Shown piece by piece: positions 17,637 to 26,179 of a stretch of DNA of 32,835 nucleotides. The DNA comes from a virus. Its lineage: Duplodnaviria; Caudoviricetes. The notes below the pieces were generated by a model. The model was not told the origin of the DNA, made no database searches, and worked only from the letters and a program-made list of their open reading frames with translations. The stretch is taken from positions 1 to 32,835 of IMG/VR virus record IMGVR_UViG_3300016476_000810. One strand, given 5' to 3'. How positions within the stretch are numbered: position 1 is the first letter of the stretch; each line of letters starts with the position of its first letter. Position numbers and translations under genes: made by a program.

Positions 17637-18130
17637 TCAGGCCACCCTTCAGTCATTGTCCCGAATGATGTCAGATACTCACAGATGTCGTCACCGATGC
17701 ACGGATACAAGACACCGAGGGTCTCGTCAAGACACTCATTGCGAGCACTAAATATCTCAAGCTGAACAGTGACTGTCCCTCTCAGTGCATTCACCTCGAC
17801 ATGATTCCAGTCTGTCAGTGCCTGCACCACATACGGTTCAACCAGTGGGCGATCTGCTGCCAGATGGCAAATCCAACGCTTCCCCTCGTTGTTATTAATG
17901 AATAACTGGATATAGTCCATCTGTGCTGGAGAGCGGAGATAAAACGTGGCACTGGCAATGTGTGTGGTGCCGAAATACTTCTTCCGCTGTCTACTGGCAC
18001 CACCGGCAACGTCAGACCTCACGACACCACTCTGACGCGACCTGGTAAACCCCTCGACGAGGGGAACCATCGGCTGACCACCGTAAAGGAGGACATTCAG
18101 GTCACTGATATCACCCTTAGTCGCCATCAT
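17633..18130 (-). CDS. Distal tail / minor tail protein
   Basis: First gene after the tape measure; VRSDVAGGASRQRKKY motif. Confidence 0.7.
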   Translation of the reverse strand: MMATKGDISDLNVLLYGGQPMVPLVEGFTRSRQSGVVRSDVAGGASRQRKKYFGTTHIASATFYLRSPAQMDYIQLFINNNEGKRWICHLAADRPLVEPYVVQALTDWNHVEVNALRGTVTVQLEIFSARNECLDETLGVLYPCIGDDICEYLTSFGTMTEGWPE

Positions 18131-20385
18131 ACTTTTCCTTTTACGTTGAAACTATTTTTCATCTGTTTAGTGGATCGACTGTTTCGGTTACCGAGCACAC
18201 TGGAAACTCCAGAGTCAATGTTATCATTGAAAACACGTTCTGCGATGATCCTGACTGTGTTCTCGTCAATACGTTCTTCTCGGTAGCTGGCACCGTCGAT
18301 CCGGTTCTCTATGACGATACTAACACTACCTCCACCACCGTTCATCATCTTAGCTGTGTCTTCACGAGACGTGACTCGTGCCGGACCTTCAACCAGCACA
18401 CCGTTGACGAGCTCGTCACCGTACTCAGATACAATACCGAGCTGACCGGATGGAATGTCACCACCCTTATCGTAAGCGCCTGCTATCGTCTGACCTGCGA
18501 TAATACCAGCAGAAGCGTAACCGGTGGCTCTGATGAGTGTCGATGCTGGGATACCAAACACACCTAATTGACCCATTGCTTTAGTGGCAGCAAGTTCTGT
18601 GTTGACTATGGTCTCAGCCAGTGCGATTGCTTGGTTGATATAAAACAGTGCTGCTGCTTCTTTACTACCTTCCTCAGCAAACTGCTGGAGCTGACCGAAC
18701 ACCTTCCCCATTGACCCAGTGAACGTGGCGTAGTTCTGAAGCTGACCTTCAAGCTGGGTATTAGATATTTCATTGAGTCGCGCAACATGACGTTCTGTTT
18801 CAGCCTCGATGAGAGCATCGATCCGTTGACGCTCAGTTAACTCAGCCTCACCAAGCGCTTTTTTCTGGTCTGTTAGTAATTGTAGGTTTCTGGCGTAAGT
18901 ATCGTTTTCAAACCCGGTAGGGTCATCACGACCACCCTGCTTTCTTTGTGCTTCCTCGATCTGCTTACGGACAGCCTCACGCCTTTTATATTCTTCAGCG
19001 AGTTTCTGTGTGCGCCATTGTTCCAGTGCAGCGTATGCCTCATCAGTGCGCTGGTTTGTCCCTTCGTATTTAACATACTCGTCGATTATCTTTTTACGAC
19101 GGTCGTACTCTTCCTGTGTTGTCTCGGTCTGCTTAATGAGTGAAAGTGTCTCGGCCTGGAAAGCACGTTCGCGCTGCTGAGAAATACGACGAGATTCAGC
19201 AGCAGACTCTTTCTCTGCTTTCTCGGCGTCCTTTATCGCTTTTTCACGAGCCTTGAGTGCGTCGTACTCATTGTAATAAGTGTCAATACCCGCCATTACA
19301 GCAGCAATCTGGTCTTCGGTAGCGGCTGAACCAAGTTCTGCTCTGGCGTTTACCTTGGCTTGCTCACGGTCGGTTTTACCGAGTAGGTCGATCTTAAGAC
19401 CGTAACTGGTGAGTAGCTTCTGGGTAGCTTCTCGACTTTTCTTCTCGGTCTCAATGTTGGTATCCATTGAACGAGTGAGGGTATCGAGATAACCCTCTTG
19501 AGTGACAATAGCGTCGGACAGTTGTTCACGTTCTGACTGGAGCTTCAGTAACTCTTTTTGCTCACGCTGAGTGAGTTCTATACCGTCACGCTGCTTATCC
19601 TGCAAGAACCCGATGCGGGATAGTGAATCAATTTCCACCAGTCTGCGTTGGTCGTCCTGAATTTTTTTACGTAACTCGATAGCAGCCAGTTCTTTAGTGG
19701 CCTTACCGAGACTATCAACCTTACCGATGAGCTTATCTATTTCCTCTCCTGCGACACCCATCGAGTTAACGAGAGCACCGCCAATAGCACCAGCCACGGC
19801 GATCACAGCACCGACCAACGCACCGGTAGGACCGAATGCAGCAGCGAGCTGAGAACCTTGCTGAGAAAATATAACGAAAGCACTGGTGCCGAGTTGAGCC
19901 TGAACAGCAACGTCTTGGAGCTGCCAACCGAGTTGCTGGGAGACACCACGAAGATTACGGAAACTCCCCTCTGTTTGGTTCGAACCATCACGGAGAAGCT
20001 GGTAATTCTGAACCAGCTGGGTGACTTGCTGTTTTTGCTCCTGTGTTGCATTGGCACCGAGTCGGTAAACAGCGTTGAGAACTTCCTGTTCCTGTGCTGT
20101 TTTCCCGATCATGGAAGCCTGGTGCTGATAGAGTGAAGTCATCTCCTTCACCCGAGCATTCGTTCTCTCCATCTGGCTGACAAGAGCGCGAGCTTCAGCG
20201 GTCAGCTCCTGCTTGCTCTGCACGTTCTTATAGGTGACCTCGACATTATCACCAAGAGTCGCGCTGAGTTCTTCGACAGTCTTGTCGGCATCACTGACGG
20301 CACGAGTGAACTGCTTGATGCCGGTGATGCCGTCTTGACCTTTGAACTCTAATTGAAACGTTGTCGAGCGTAATACGTCACTCAT
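18127..20385 (-). CDS. Tail tape measure protein
   Basis: 752 aa helical A/E/K/Q-rich protein; QQLGWQLQDVAVQ...QQGSQL motif; AYDKGG...GIVSEYGDELV C-terminal motif. Confidence 0.92.
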   Translation of the reverse strand: MSDVLRSTTFQLEFKGQDGITGIKQFTRAVSDADKTVEELSATLGDNVEVTYKNVQSKQELTAEARALVSQMERTNARVKEMTSLYQHQASMIGKTAQEQEVLNAVYRLGANATQEQKQQVTQLVQNYQLLRDGSNQTEGSFRNLRGVSQQLGWQLQDVAVQAQLGTSAFVIFSQQGSQLAAAFGPTGALVGAVIAVAGAIGGALVNSMGVAGEEIDKLIGKVDSLGKATKELAAIELRKKIQDDQRRLVEIDSLSRIGFLQDKQRDGIELTQREQKELLKLQSEREQLSDAIVTQEGYLDTLTRSMDTNIETEKKSREATQKLLTSYGLKIDLLGKTDREQAKVNARAELGSAATEDQIAAVMAGIDTYYNEYDALKAREKAIKDAEKAEKESAAESRRISQQRERAFQAETLSLIKQTETTQEEYDRRKKIIDEYVKYEGTNQRTDEAYAALEQWRTQKLAEEYKRREAVRKQIEEAQRKQGGRDDPTGFENDTYARNLQLLTDQKKALGEAELTERQRIDALIEAETERHVARLNEISNTQLEGQLQNYATFTGSMGKVFGQLQQFAEEGSKEAAALFYINQAIALAETIVNTELAATKAMGQLGVFGIPASTLIRATGYASAGIIAGQTIAGAYDKGGDIPSGQLGIVSEYGDELVNGVLVEGPARVTSREDTAKMMNGGGGSVSIVIENRIDGASYREERIDENTVRIIAERVFNDNIDSGVSSVLGNRNSRSTKQMKNSFNVKGKV

Positions 20386-20389
20386 GTGG

Positions 20390-20917
20390 TCACCCTGTGT
20401 AGCGGTACTGATCCGCTAACCTGTTGAACTCAACCTTGAAAGCATCTTGTTGCTCATTCAGACTTGAGTAAAAAGCGTTACTAATGAACGGTACTCCAGC
20501 CACATTAATGAGCTGTTCGTCATCGTAATTGACACCTTTCTTTTTACGACCACCGTTACGAAGTCGTGATGTCCCGAACTCGACCCAATATGCGATCTGC
20601 GCAGCATTGAGGTCTTTTTCTGTCTTTCCGAACTGAAGACTGACACTATCTATTTTATAGACACCAACAGTCCCCACAACAGTGTAAGGGTCGCTTTTAC
20701 TCATGGCAACAGACTGACCGACTGACGAGAAAACATAACCGCCAGGTGTACCACCTACCATCGATACCCAGTTTGTTTTTATCTTCTCCTGAACAACCTT
20801 CTCTTGTTCTGCAAGAGCTTTCAGGCTTATTTCAGGGATAGCATCAGCCAAGGCTTCCATCTCTTTGATGAACTCCTTAAGACCAGTGCTGGTTGCGGAA
20901 AATAGACCTTTAGCCAT
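20390..20917 (-). CDS. HK97 gp10-like tail completion protein
   Basis: GLKEFIKEMEAL, IAYWVEFGTS, PFISNAF. Confidence 0.75.
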   Translation of the reverse strand: MAKGLFSATSTGLKEFIKEMEALADAIPEISLKALAEQEKVVQEKIKTNWVSMVGGTPGGYVFSSVGQSVAMSKSDPYTVVGTVGVYKIDSVSLQFGKTEKDLNAAQIAYWVEFGTSRLRNGGRKKKGVNYDDEQLINVAGVPFISNAFYSSLNEQQDAFKVEFNRLADQYRYTG

Positions 20918-21117
20918 TAGCTCATCAGCTCCCTGAAACGCGATTTAGACTCAACCAGACTCACTGTCTGTGGTGTCTTGGTGACAATGATTGGCTTGTC
21001 TTTATTGTCGTCAATGGAGAAAAAGATAGACCAGTGTTCCAGTTCAGAGGAAGGCCACCCCATCACTTCAAACACTGGTCTTTTGAGATACTGGCAAATG
21101 CGTTTCACCAGTAGCAT
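20917..21117 (-). CDS. Tail assembly chaperone C-terminal extension (lambda gpT-equivalent, reached by -1 frameshift)
   Basis: Frame is open back to the slippery site; ICQYLKRPVFEVMGWPSSELEHW. Confidence 0.8.
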   Translation of the reverse strand: MLLVKRICQYLKRPVFEVMGWPSSELEHWSIFFSIDDNKDKPIIVTKTPQTVSLVESKSRFRELMS

Positions 21118-21128
21118 GTTACCATCTG

Positions 21129-21500
21129 CTAAGACTTCTTTTTTTTTGCGGTGAGTGTTTTCTGCTCGACAACTGGGTCAAGACTAAAAGCAGCTACTGC
21201 GAGTTCTTCATAGAGTTCTTTCGGCAGTAGGTTAACCAGGTCATCGACTTGCTCATCAGCAAACGCGAACTCACCGGTACTGGGGATGGTACAGACTGAC
21301 ATCAAACCAGCTGCCACGTGATAAGCAACTTTGTCTTCTTCGGCAATATCCTTGCGCTCGGCAATTTTAGTGCTGAGCTGAGAAGACCGGATATAGTGTT
21401 TTACCGCTCGCTTGTTCACTCGGATCACAACGTCCTGCCCGAAATACGGGGCAGGAACGTCGATGAAAGCGAGACCGTCATTTTTGAAGGTCAGACTCAT
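21129..21500 (-). CDS. Tail assembly chaperone (lambda gpG-equivalent)
   Basis: Follows the major tail protein; ends AKKKKS over an A9 run. Confidence 0.85.
   Translation of the reverse strand: MSLTFKNDGLAFIDVPAPYFGQDVVIRVNKRAVKHYIRSSQLSTKIAERKDIAEEDKVAYHVAAGLMSVCTIPSTGEFAFADEQVDDLVNLLPKELYEELAVAAFSLDPVVEQKTLTAKKKKS
21138..21147 (-). other. Programmed -1 ribosomal frameshift site (A AAA AAG)
   Basis: GCA AAA AAA AAG AAG TCT TAG; the -1 frame reads K-E-V-L-A-D-G-N-M-L-L into the 66-aa ORF. Confidence 0.88.
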
Positions 21501-22174
21501 GATACAGTGACCTCCAGCTCACCAACCACGCCACGGAATTCAGCGGTGATGATGGTAGTTCCGGCAGCTACACCAGTAACCAAGCCGTTCTGGTCAACAG
21601 TGGCTTTAGTCGGGTCAGAAGATTCCCAAACAACAGTACCGCTGCCAGTACCGTCATTAGTGATGACACCGGCTGGAGTAGTTGTCACGGTAAGCTGAGT
21701 GGTTCCGGTAGTAGTTACAGTGCCTGTTCCTGCCACAGTAACATCATAAACAACTCGTGAGTTTTGCTTACCGTTCACGGTAAACATCTTCCACTCTTCC
21801 TGGTTACCTGCATCCCACTCGAAACCGAGTGCCTTGAACAGGAAACCATTGACCTCACCATCAGGCCATTTAACTCGGATGTTGAACTCTTCCTCGTCAC
21901 GGCAACGCTTGATAAAAGCCTGCTGGAGAGTGTACTCATTGAAATACGGATCACCTGACTGCTGAACAGGGACATACTGACCTTTCAGGTTCTTGTCCGG
22001 GGCATCACGCATACCGGAGTCGTATTTCTTGATCCGGTCAGACAGAGTAGTCTTTTCTTTCGGTTCACTTTGTTCGCCAACCGCGCCAATCTCAGTGAGA
22101 CGGGGTACTTCTTGCCAGCCGGTTTCGACCTGCATCTCAACGATTGTGCCTGCAATCAGGATCACGTTAGACAT
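21497..22174 (-). CDS. Major tail protein with C-terminal Ig-like (Big_2) domain
   Basis: EKTTLSD..KKY..G.RD tube motif; VVWESSDPTKATVDQNGLVTGVAAGTTIITA. Confidence 0.9.
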   Translation of the reverse strand: MSNVILIAGTIVEMQVETGWQEVPRLTEIGAVGEQSEPKEKTTLSDRIKKYDSGMRDAPDKNLKGQYVPVQQSGDPYFNEYTLQQAFIKRCRDEEEFNIRVKWPDGEVNGFLFKALGFEWDAGNQEEWKMFTVNGKQNSRVVYDVTVAGTGTVTTTGTTQLTVTTTPAGVITNDGTGSGTVVWESSDPTKATVDQNGLVTGVAAGTTIITAEFRGVVGELEVTVS

Positions 22175-22185
22175 ATCATTATCCT

Positions 22186-22539
22186 CTAAATATAAACAGT
22201 GAGGTCGTAGAATGCCCTTGCAAGCACTTGACCCGGTTGTTTCGCTTCAGTCAGTATCCACTGACCAAAAATCCGTTGAAAATCGGCGTTCTTAGTATTA
22301 TCCAAAGTCTCCAAGGTATCAAGGATTCCTTGTATCTGTGACTGCATTGGAGCAAATACCGTCACCCGATAAACCTGAGAATTACCGTACTTCTGACCTG
22401 CGATGACTCGGTTACCTGCATTGCTGACCATGCTGACCTGGACACAGGGTTTGTCTACCCCTTCAGGTATTGCGCCGGTGTAGACGGTGATACCTGAACC
22501 AAGGGTCGTTTTAAGTAGTGATATCAGGGCTGTGTTCAT
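22186..22539 (-). CDS. Tail terminator protein
   Basis: 117 aa gene directly before the major tail protein; VYTGAIPEG..KPCV, YRVTVFA. Confidence 0.72.
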   Translation of the reverse strand: MNTALISLLKTTLGSGITVYTGAIPEGVDKPCVQVSMVSNAGNRVIAGQKYGNSQVYRVTVFAPMQSQIQGILDTLETLDNTKNADFQRIFGQWILTEAKQPGQVLARAFYDLTVYI

Positions 22540-22542
22540 ATG

Positions 22543-23094
22543 TTAATCTGGGTTAATAATTCGTTGAACACGGACAGAAATAGAAGTCAGTGTTATCGTG
22601 TTACCTGTCATCACATTGTGTAACCCAACTTGAACACCGTTAACAGTAAACGGGTCAGTTGCAGAAAAAGTATAACTAACAAGTGATGAATCCCGATTAG
22701 TTATATCATTTCCGCTTATTTTTAATTGTGCGTCAGACCCGATAATTGTGGTTCCATCTGGTCTACGCATCTGAATGCGCCAGTCTCTTGGGTCTTGACT
22801 TGGTCCACCACTAACAGTACCAGTCAATCTAACGTTGAATACTACACCGCTCCACTTTGTCTTAGCTGGAAATTTGAGGACGTTGCTTCCAAGAACACCA
22901 CCGAGTGTGCCATTCGGTTGTTCGGTCATACCAGCAAGACTAAAGAAATTAAGCCACCCGTTTGCAGCAATAGCTTGTGAACCAGTCCAGTTATAAATAC
23001 TTTGGAGAAACTGGTCTATTGTCGGACCTGCTGGACCCTGAGGACCTGCTGGGCCCTGTGTTCCACCACTGGTTGAGCCTGTTGAGAAACCCAT
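22543..23094 (-). CDS. Putative virion accessory protein with short collagen-like repeat
   Basis: GTQGPAGPQGPAGP followed by a beta-rich domain; SD GAGG. Confidence 0.65.
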   Translation of the reverse strand: MGFSTGSTSGGTQGPAGPQGPAGPTIDQFLQSIYNWTGSQAIAANGWLNFFSLAGMTEQPNGTLGGVLGSNVLKFPAKTKWSGVVFNVRLTGTVSGGPSQDPRDWRIQMRRPDGTTIIGSDAQLKISGNDITNRDSSLVSYTFSATDPFTVNGVQVGLHNVMTGNTITLTSISVRVQRIINPD

Positions 23095-23102
23095 GTGTTA
23101 CC

Positions 23103-23354
23103 TCACTTAGGTGTTACTACTACATTCACTGCGTCATGTTGGTCAGATTTAAAGAACATTTTGTCACCAGACGCTTTTTCAAAATTGATAGCGTCACCGT
23201 CAATATATCGATGACCGTAACCAAGTGTCGGTGTTGTCGCACTCATAACATACAGACACTCGTTATTGGCCGTAAAAAAACCTGCTGTGATACCAGCAGC
23301 AACTTCTTTCCAACCTTCCGATTTCAATACCTGTGTTACCGTAGTATCAGCCAT
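23103..23354 (-). CDS. Small hypothetical virion-module protein (start revised to ATG 23354)
   Basis: MADTTVTQVLKSEGWKEV...; overlaps the adaptor stop; GAGG upstream. Confidence 0.65.
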   Translation of the reverse strand: MADTTVTQVLKSEGWKEVAAGITAGFFTANNECLYVMSATTPTLGYGHRYIDGDAINFEKASGDKMFFKSDQHDAVNVVVTPK

Positions 23355-23685
23355 CTCGTTGAACCTCACATGTTACGATCATCCCTCGGCGCAACTCGTC
23401 AGGTTTGACGTGTTTCACCTCATACATCACACCAGTGTCCACCCATTTAAGCAGGAGTTCATTCCCGACACGAGGGTCATACCAGGTCAGCACGGTAATA
23501 ACCTCGTCAGTGAGGTTAGCACCGAAACTGTTGTTCTCTGAACCAGATCTGACCATGACCTCGGCCATTACTGTGTCGAAGACTTTAACTGGCGGCACTG
23601 GCTCACCCCACTCATTGGTATCAGAACTCTGCTGATACCACTCAACAATGTGCCGCATCCGGCCTGCTGTAATGCTCATTGCCAT
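23347..23685 (-). CDS. Head-tail adaptor / head closure protein (SPP1 gp16-like)
   Basis: AGRMRH, NEWGEP, YEVKHV.PD motifs; synteny. Confidence 0.85.
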   Translation of the reverse strand: MAMSITAGRMRHIVEWYQQSSDTNEWGEPVPPVKVFDTVMAEVMVRSGSENNSFGANLTDEVITVLTWYDPRVGNELLLKWVDTGVMYEVKHVKPDELRRGMIVTCEVQRDG

Positions 23686-24185
23686 GGCAACTTCACTCTG
23701 TCAAGAAGGTCACGACTGGTGCGAGGCATCTCATTAACAGTCTGGCCGACTACCACATCATCCCTGTTATTAAAGGCAGTGTTAATCATCACCAGAACAG
23801 CCTGTTTCACGACAACAGGGAGAGTTTCATAACCAGCATTGAACTCAATTCGTGCCGTGGCATATGGAGCACTGATAGAGATTATTTGACTCACGTCATC
23901 AAACGTGAAAGCGGTGCTCTCGGTGTTATCCAGAACGAGCTTAGTGACTTCCGTGACGTTACCGAACGGGAGTAGTACCTGACTCTGCCAGCTATGCACC
24001 ACAGCAACAGCAGAGCCTGTAGTTAGCATCCTACCTGTGTATGATTGAGCCATGTCAAGATACACAGGAATGAGTGAACTGAGATAGGTGTCCTCGAAAT
24101 TACTAAACACCCGACAGTGAGCTTTCACTTCAGGTAGTGTCACCAGTCCATCAAGTGGTTCCTGTGAAATGATCTTTTTATACAT
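23676..24185 (-). CDS. Head-tail connector (HK97 gp6 / SPP1 gp15-like)
   Basis: VTLPEVKAHCRV...EDTYLSSLI...YTGR; AGY..LP..VKQAVL...FNNRD. Confidence 0.88.
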   Translation of the reverse strand: MYKKIISQEPLDGLVTLPEVKAHCRVFSNFEDTYLSSLIPVYLDMAQSYTGRMLTTGSAVAVVHSWQSQVLLPFGNVTEVTKLVLDNTESTAFTFDDVSQIISISAPYATARIEFNAGYETLPVVVKQAVLVMINTAFNNRDDVVVGQTVNEMPRTSRDLLDRVKLPWQ

Positions 24186-24228
24186 GTTAACTCCTGGTCA
24201 CTATAACAACAGGTTACTCCGAGTCCAT

Positions 24229-24254
24229 AAAAAAAGCCACCAGTTAAGGTGGCT
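24229..24254 (-). terminator. Intrinsic terminator
   Basis: Minus strand AGCCACC-TTAACT-GGTGGCT followed by a T-run. Confidence 0.85.
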
Positions 24255-24281
24255 AAAATTACAGCGAGCAGAGAGACTTCA

Positions 24282-24521
24282 TTAAGAAGTGTAACACTGT
24301 TCCCATAGGATAGTCGAGACTTCCGTTGCTGTAGCAGATGCTTTCTCAATAGCAGCAGATGACATCAGCGGGTCACCATGAACCGGCTGATAATGCTTAG
24401 TGTACTGGCGGCGGAAAACTTCCAGCTTGTCCTCACTATCCACAAACTTAGAAGCGGTAGCGAAAGCAGTGGCGTTGTCCTGAAGCAGAACCAGTAGGTC
24501 GTTACGCAGTTTAAAATCCAT
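24282..24521 (-). CDS. Hypothetical protein
   Basis: 79 aa ORF with SD GAGAGG, between the endonuclease and a terminator. Confidence 0.75.
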   Translation of the reverse strand: MDFKLRNDLLVLLQDNATAFATASKFVDSEDKLEVFRRQYTKHYQPVHGDPLMSSAAIEKASATATEVSTILWEQCYTS

Positions 24522-24535
24522 GATTACCTCTCTTG

Positions 24536-26071
24536 TTAAATGTGCTCAGGTAGAGTAGCACACCATGTCCATTTTGTCTTACCGGAATCCCATAATCGTA
24601 AGGCACCTGCAAGGTCTTCAATTTCATACTCAGTTCTGGTGTCAATGGACTTGTCAGGGTTGAACACTATGTCCTCACGACCAATATCTCTGAGCACATT
24701 CGGTATGTTCCGGCGCTGCCAGTGATATTTGAACCTAATGCCGGTCTTGGGGTGGAAGACACGGTAATCAGCACCATAAGCAGTGGTTCTGTCAAACCCA
24801 AGCTGCTCATACATGCCGCCGGTGAAGTAGTCATTCATTGAGTAGCTCTCAACAAAGGTCAGCTCATAACGAGTCACAGCAGCCTTGAACAGCTTTGAGG
24901 CTCCACCCCTGACACTGTGCTTGGCTGCATATCGGGTGAGGTTCCATGGCACCTCTGAAGCGGCCTCAGCATTGAGCCTGGCAGTGCCACGGATGTTAGT
25001 GCCTTTCCCAAAGGTCATAACAGCAACCAAGCCTTCAGTCTTATGAACCAGCCCGAGCTTTATCTTAGCCTGGTGCACTCGACCTTGAATGTGGTGTTCA
25101 TCCAGGAACTCATTGATTACCTTCATCTCAATCTCTTCAACCTTACAGTCACGAGCATTGAGAGGTTTCTCATTGGTCTTCCCACAGGCATTGATGATGA
25201 TACGTTTTATCTGGTCTTTCCTGGCATCCCAATCACCCTCCCAAACATGGATCATCCTGTAACCAGCCTCATTAGCAGCTTTGGTCTTGTCGAAATGGTA
25301 ACTTTTGGGCTTTTGTTGATCAGAATGCCAATAATTACCGTTGAACTCAATTGCCAACTTAGCCTCTGGAACCAGTATGTCAATCTCCAGAGGCTTGATA
25401 ACACTCCGGTCACCATGAACTACTTGCAGCCCAAGGGAAGTGATAAGGTCAACGATCTCTGTTTCGGGTTTGGATTGGCCCACACAGGAACAGCTAGGAC
25501 AACCTTGCCCAACTAAATGTTTGTCTGGTGTCTGTTCAAATAAACCGTGTTCTGGACAATTAATAGTGACTTTCTCATGTGCAGACTGGTACACAACAAG
25601 GGCATAACCATACTTGTCACCATGTATGACTTTTGACTCATTTATGAATTTTTCATTGGTTTTGATCTTAGTAAATGACCTTTCTTCATTTGAACAAGGC
25701 CAACATTTCTTCCCCATCAAATGGTTATGTGGGGTCTGTTCAAACTCCCCATGTTTTTCACATGTGATGACAACTTTTTCATGGTTGTTTTTATAGTTGA
25801 CTAGTGAGTAACCATAAGAATCACCATGAACAGTTCTGGCTTTTTTAATGAACTCTTCGGTTGTCATTTTCTTGTTCCCATAACAACCAGGGCAACCCTT
25901 TTTCAGATTCACATGATTAGATGGTTTCTGCTCAAAGACACCATGCTCTGGACACACTATTTTAATCTTGGTGTTTGCCTCTTTATACTCAACCAGGTCG
26001 TATGAGTACTTGTTTCCGTGCACAGAAATTGCTCTGGCAATAACTTGCTCTTGTGTTAATTTTGCTGGCAT
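24536..26071 (-). CDS. Free-standing Hef-like homing endonuclease: three DUF723-like Zn repeats, Vsr-like PD-(D/E)XK nuclease and Mom/GNAT-like C-terminal domain
   Basis: 3x HGxxYxYxLVxY...CxxHGxFEQxPxxH...CxxC; EIDILVPEAKLAIEFNGNYWHS, IHVWE; FLDEHHIQG, VAVMTFG, VRGGASKLF, GGMYEQLGF, WDSG. Confidence 0.8.
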   Translation of the reverse strand: MPAKLTQEQVIARAISVHGNKYSYDLVEYKEANTKIKIVCPEHGVFEQKPSNHVNLKKGCPGCYGNKKMTTEEFIKKARTVHGDSYGYSLVNYKNNHEKVVITCEKHGEFEQTPHNHLMGKKCWPCSNEERSFTKIKTNEKFINESKVIHGDKYGYALVVYQSAHEKVTINCPEHGLFEQTPDKHLVGQGCPSCSCVGQSKPETEIVDLITSLGLQVVHGDRSVIKPLEIDILVPEAKLAIEFNGNYWHSDQQKPKSYHFDKTKAANEAGYRMIHVWEGDWDARKDQIKRIIINACGKTNEKPLNARDCKVEEIEMKVINEFLDEHHIQGRVHQAKIKLGLVHKTEGLVAVMTFGKGTNIRGTARLNAEAASEVPWNLTRYAAKHSVRGGASKLFKAAVTRYELTFVESYSMNDYFTGGMYEQLGFDRTTAYGADYRVFHPKTGIRFKYHWQRRNIPNVLRDIGREDIVFNPDKSIDTRTEYEIEDLAGALRLWDSGKTKWTWCATLPEHI

Positions 26072-26075
26072 GGTT

Positions 26076-26129
26076 TTCTCCTTTGGTTCGGTTAACTACA
26101 TCCTAACCCAAGGAGAACAAGTCAGTCAA
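26076..26129 (-). promoter_or_regulatory. Sigma70-type promoter embedded in an SD-occluding inverted repeat
   Basis: TTGACT (26129-26124)-N18-TAGGAT (26105-26100); TTCTCCTTGGGTT (26117-26105) pairs 12/13 with AACCAAAGGAGAA (26088-26076), which holds the SD. Confidence 0.7.
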
Positions 26130-26136
26130 CAGAAAT

Positions 26137-26164
26137 AAAAAAGCCACCCCGAAGAGTGGCTTTT
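26137..26164 (-). terminator. Intrinsic terminator after the major capsid gene
   Basis: Minus strand GCCACTC-TTCG-GGGTGGC-TTTTTT. Confidence 0.9.
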
Positions 26165-26179
26165 GTCATAGAGGAACTG

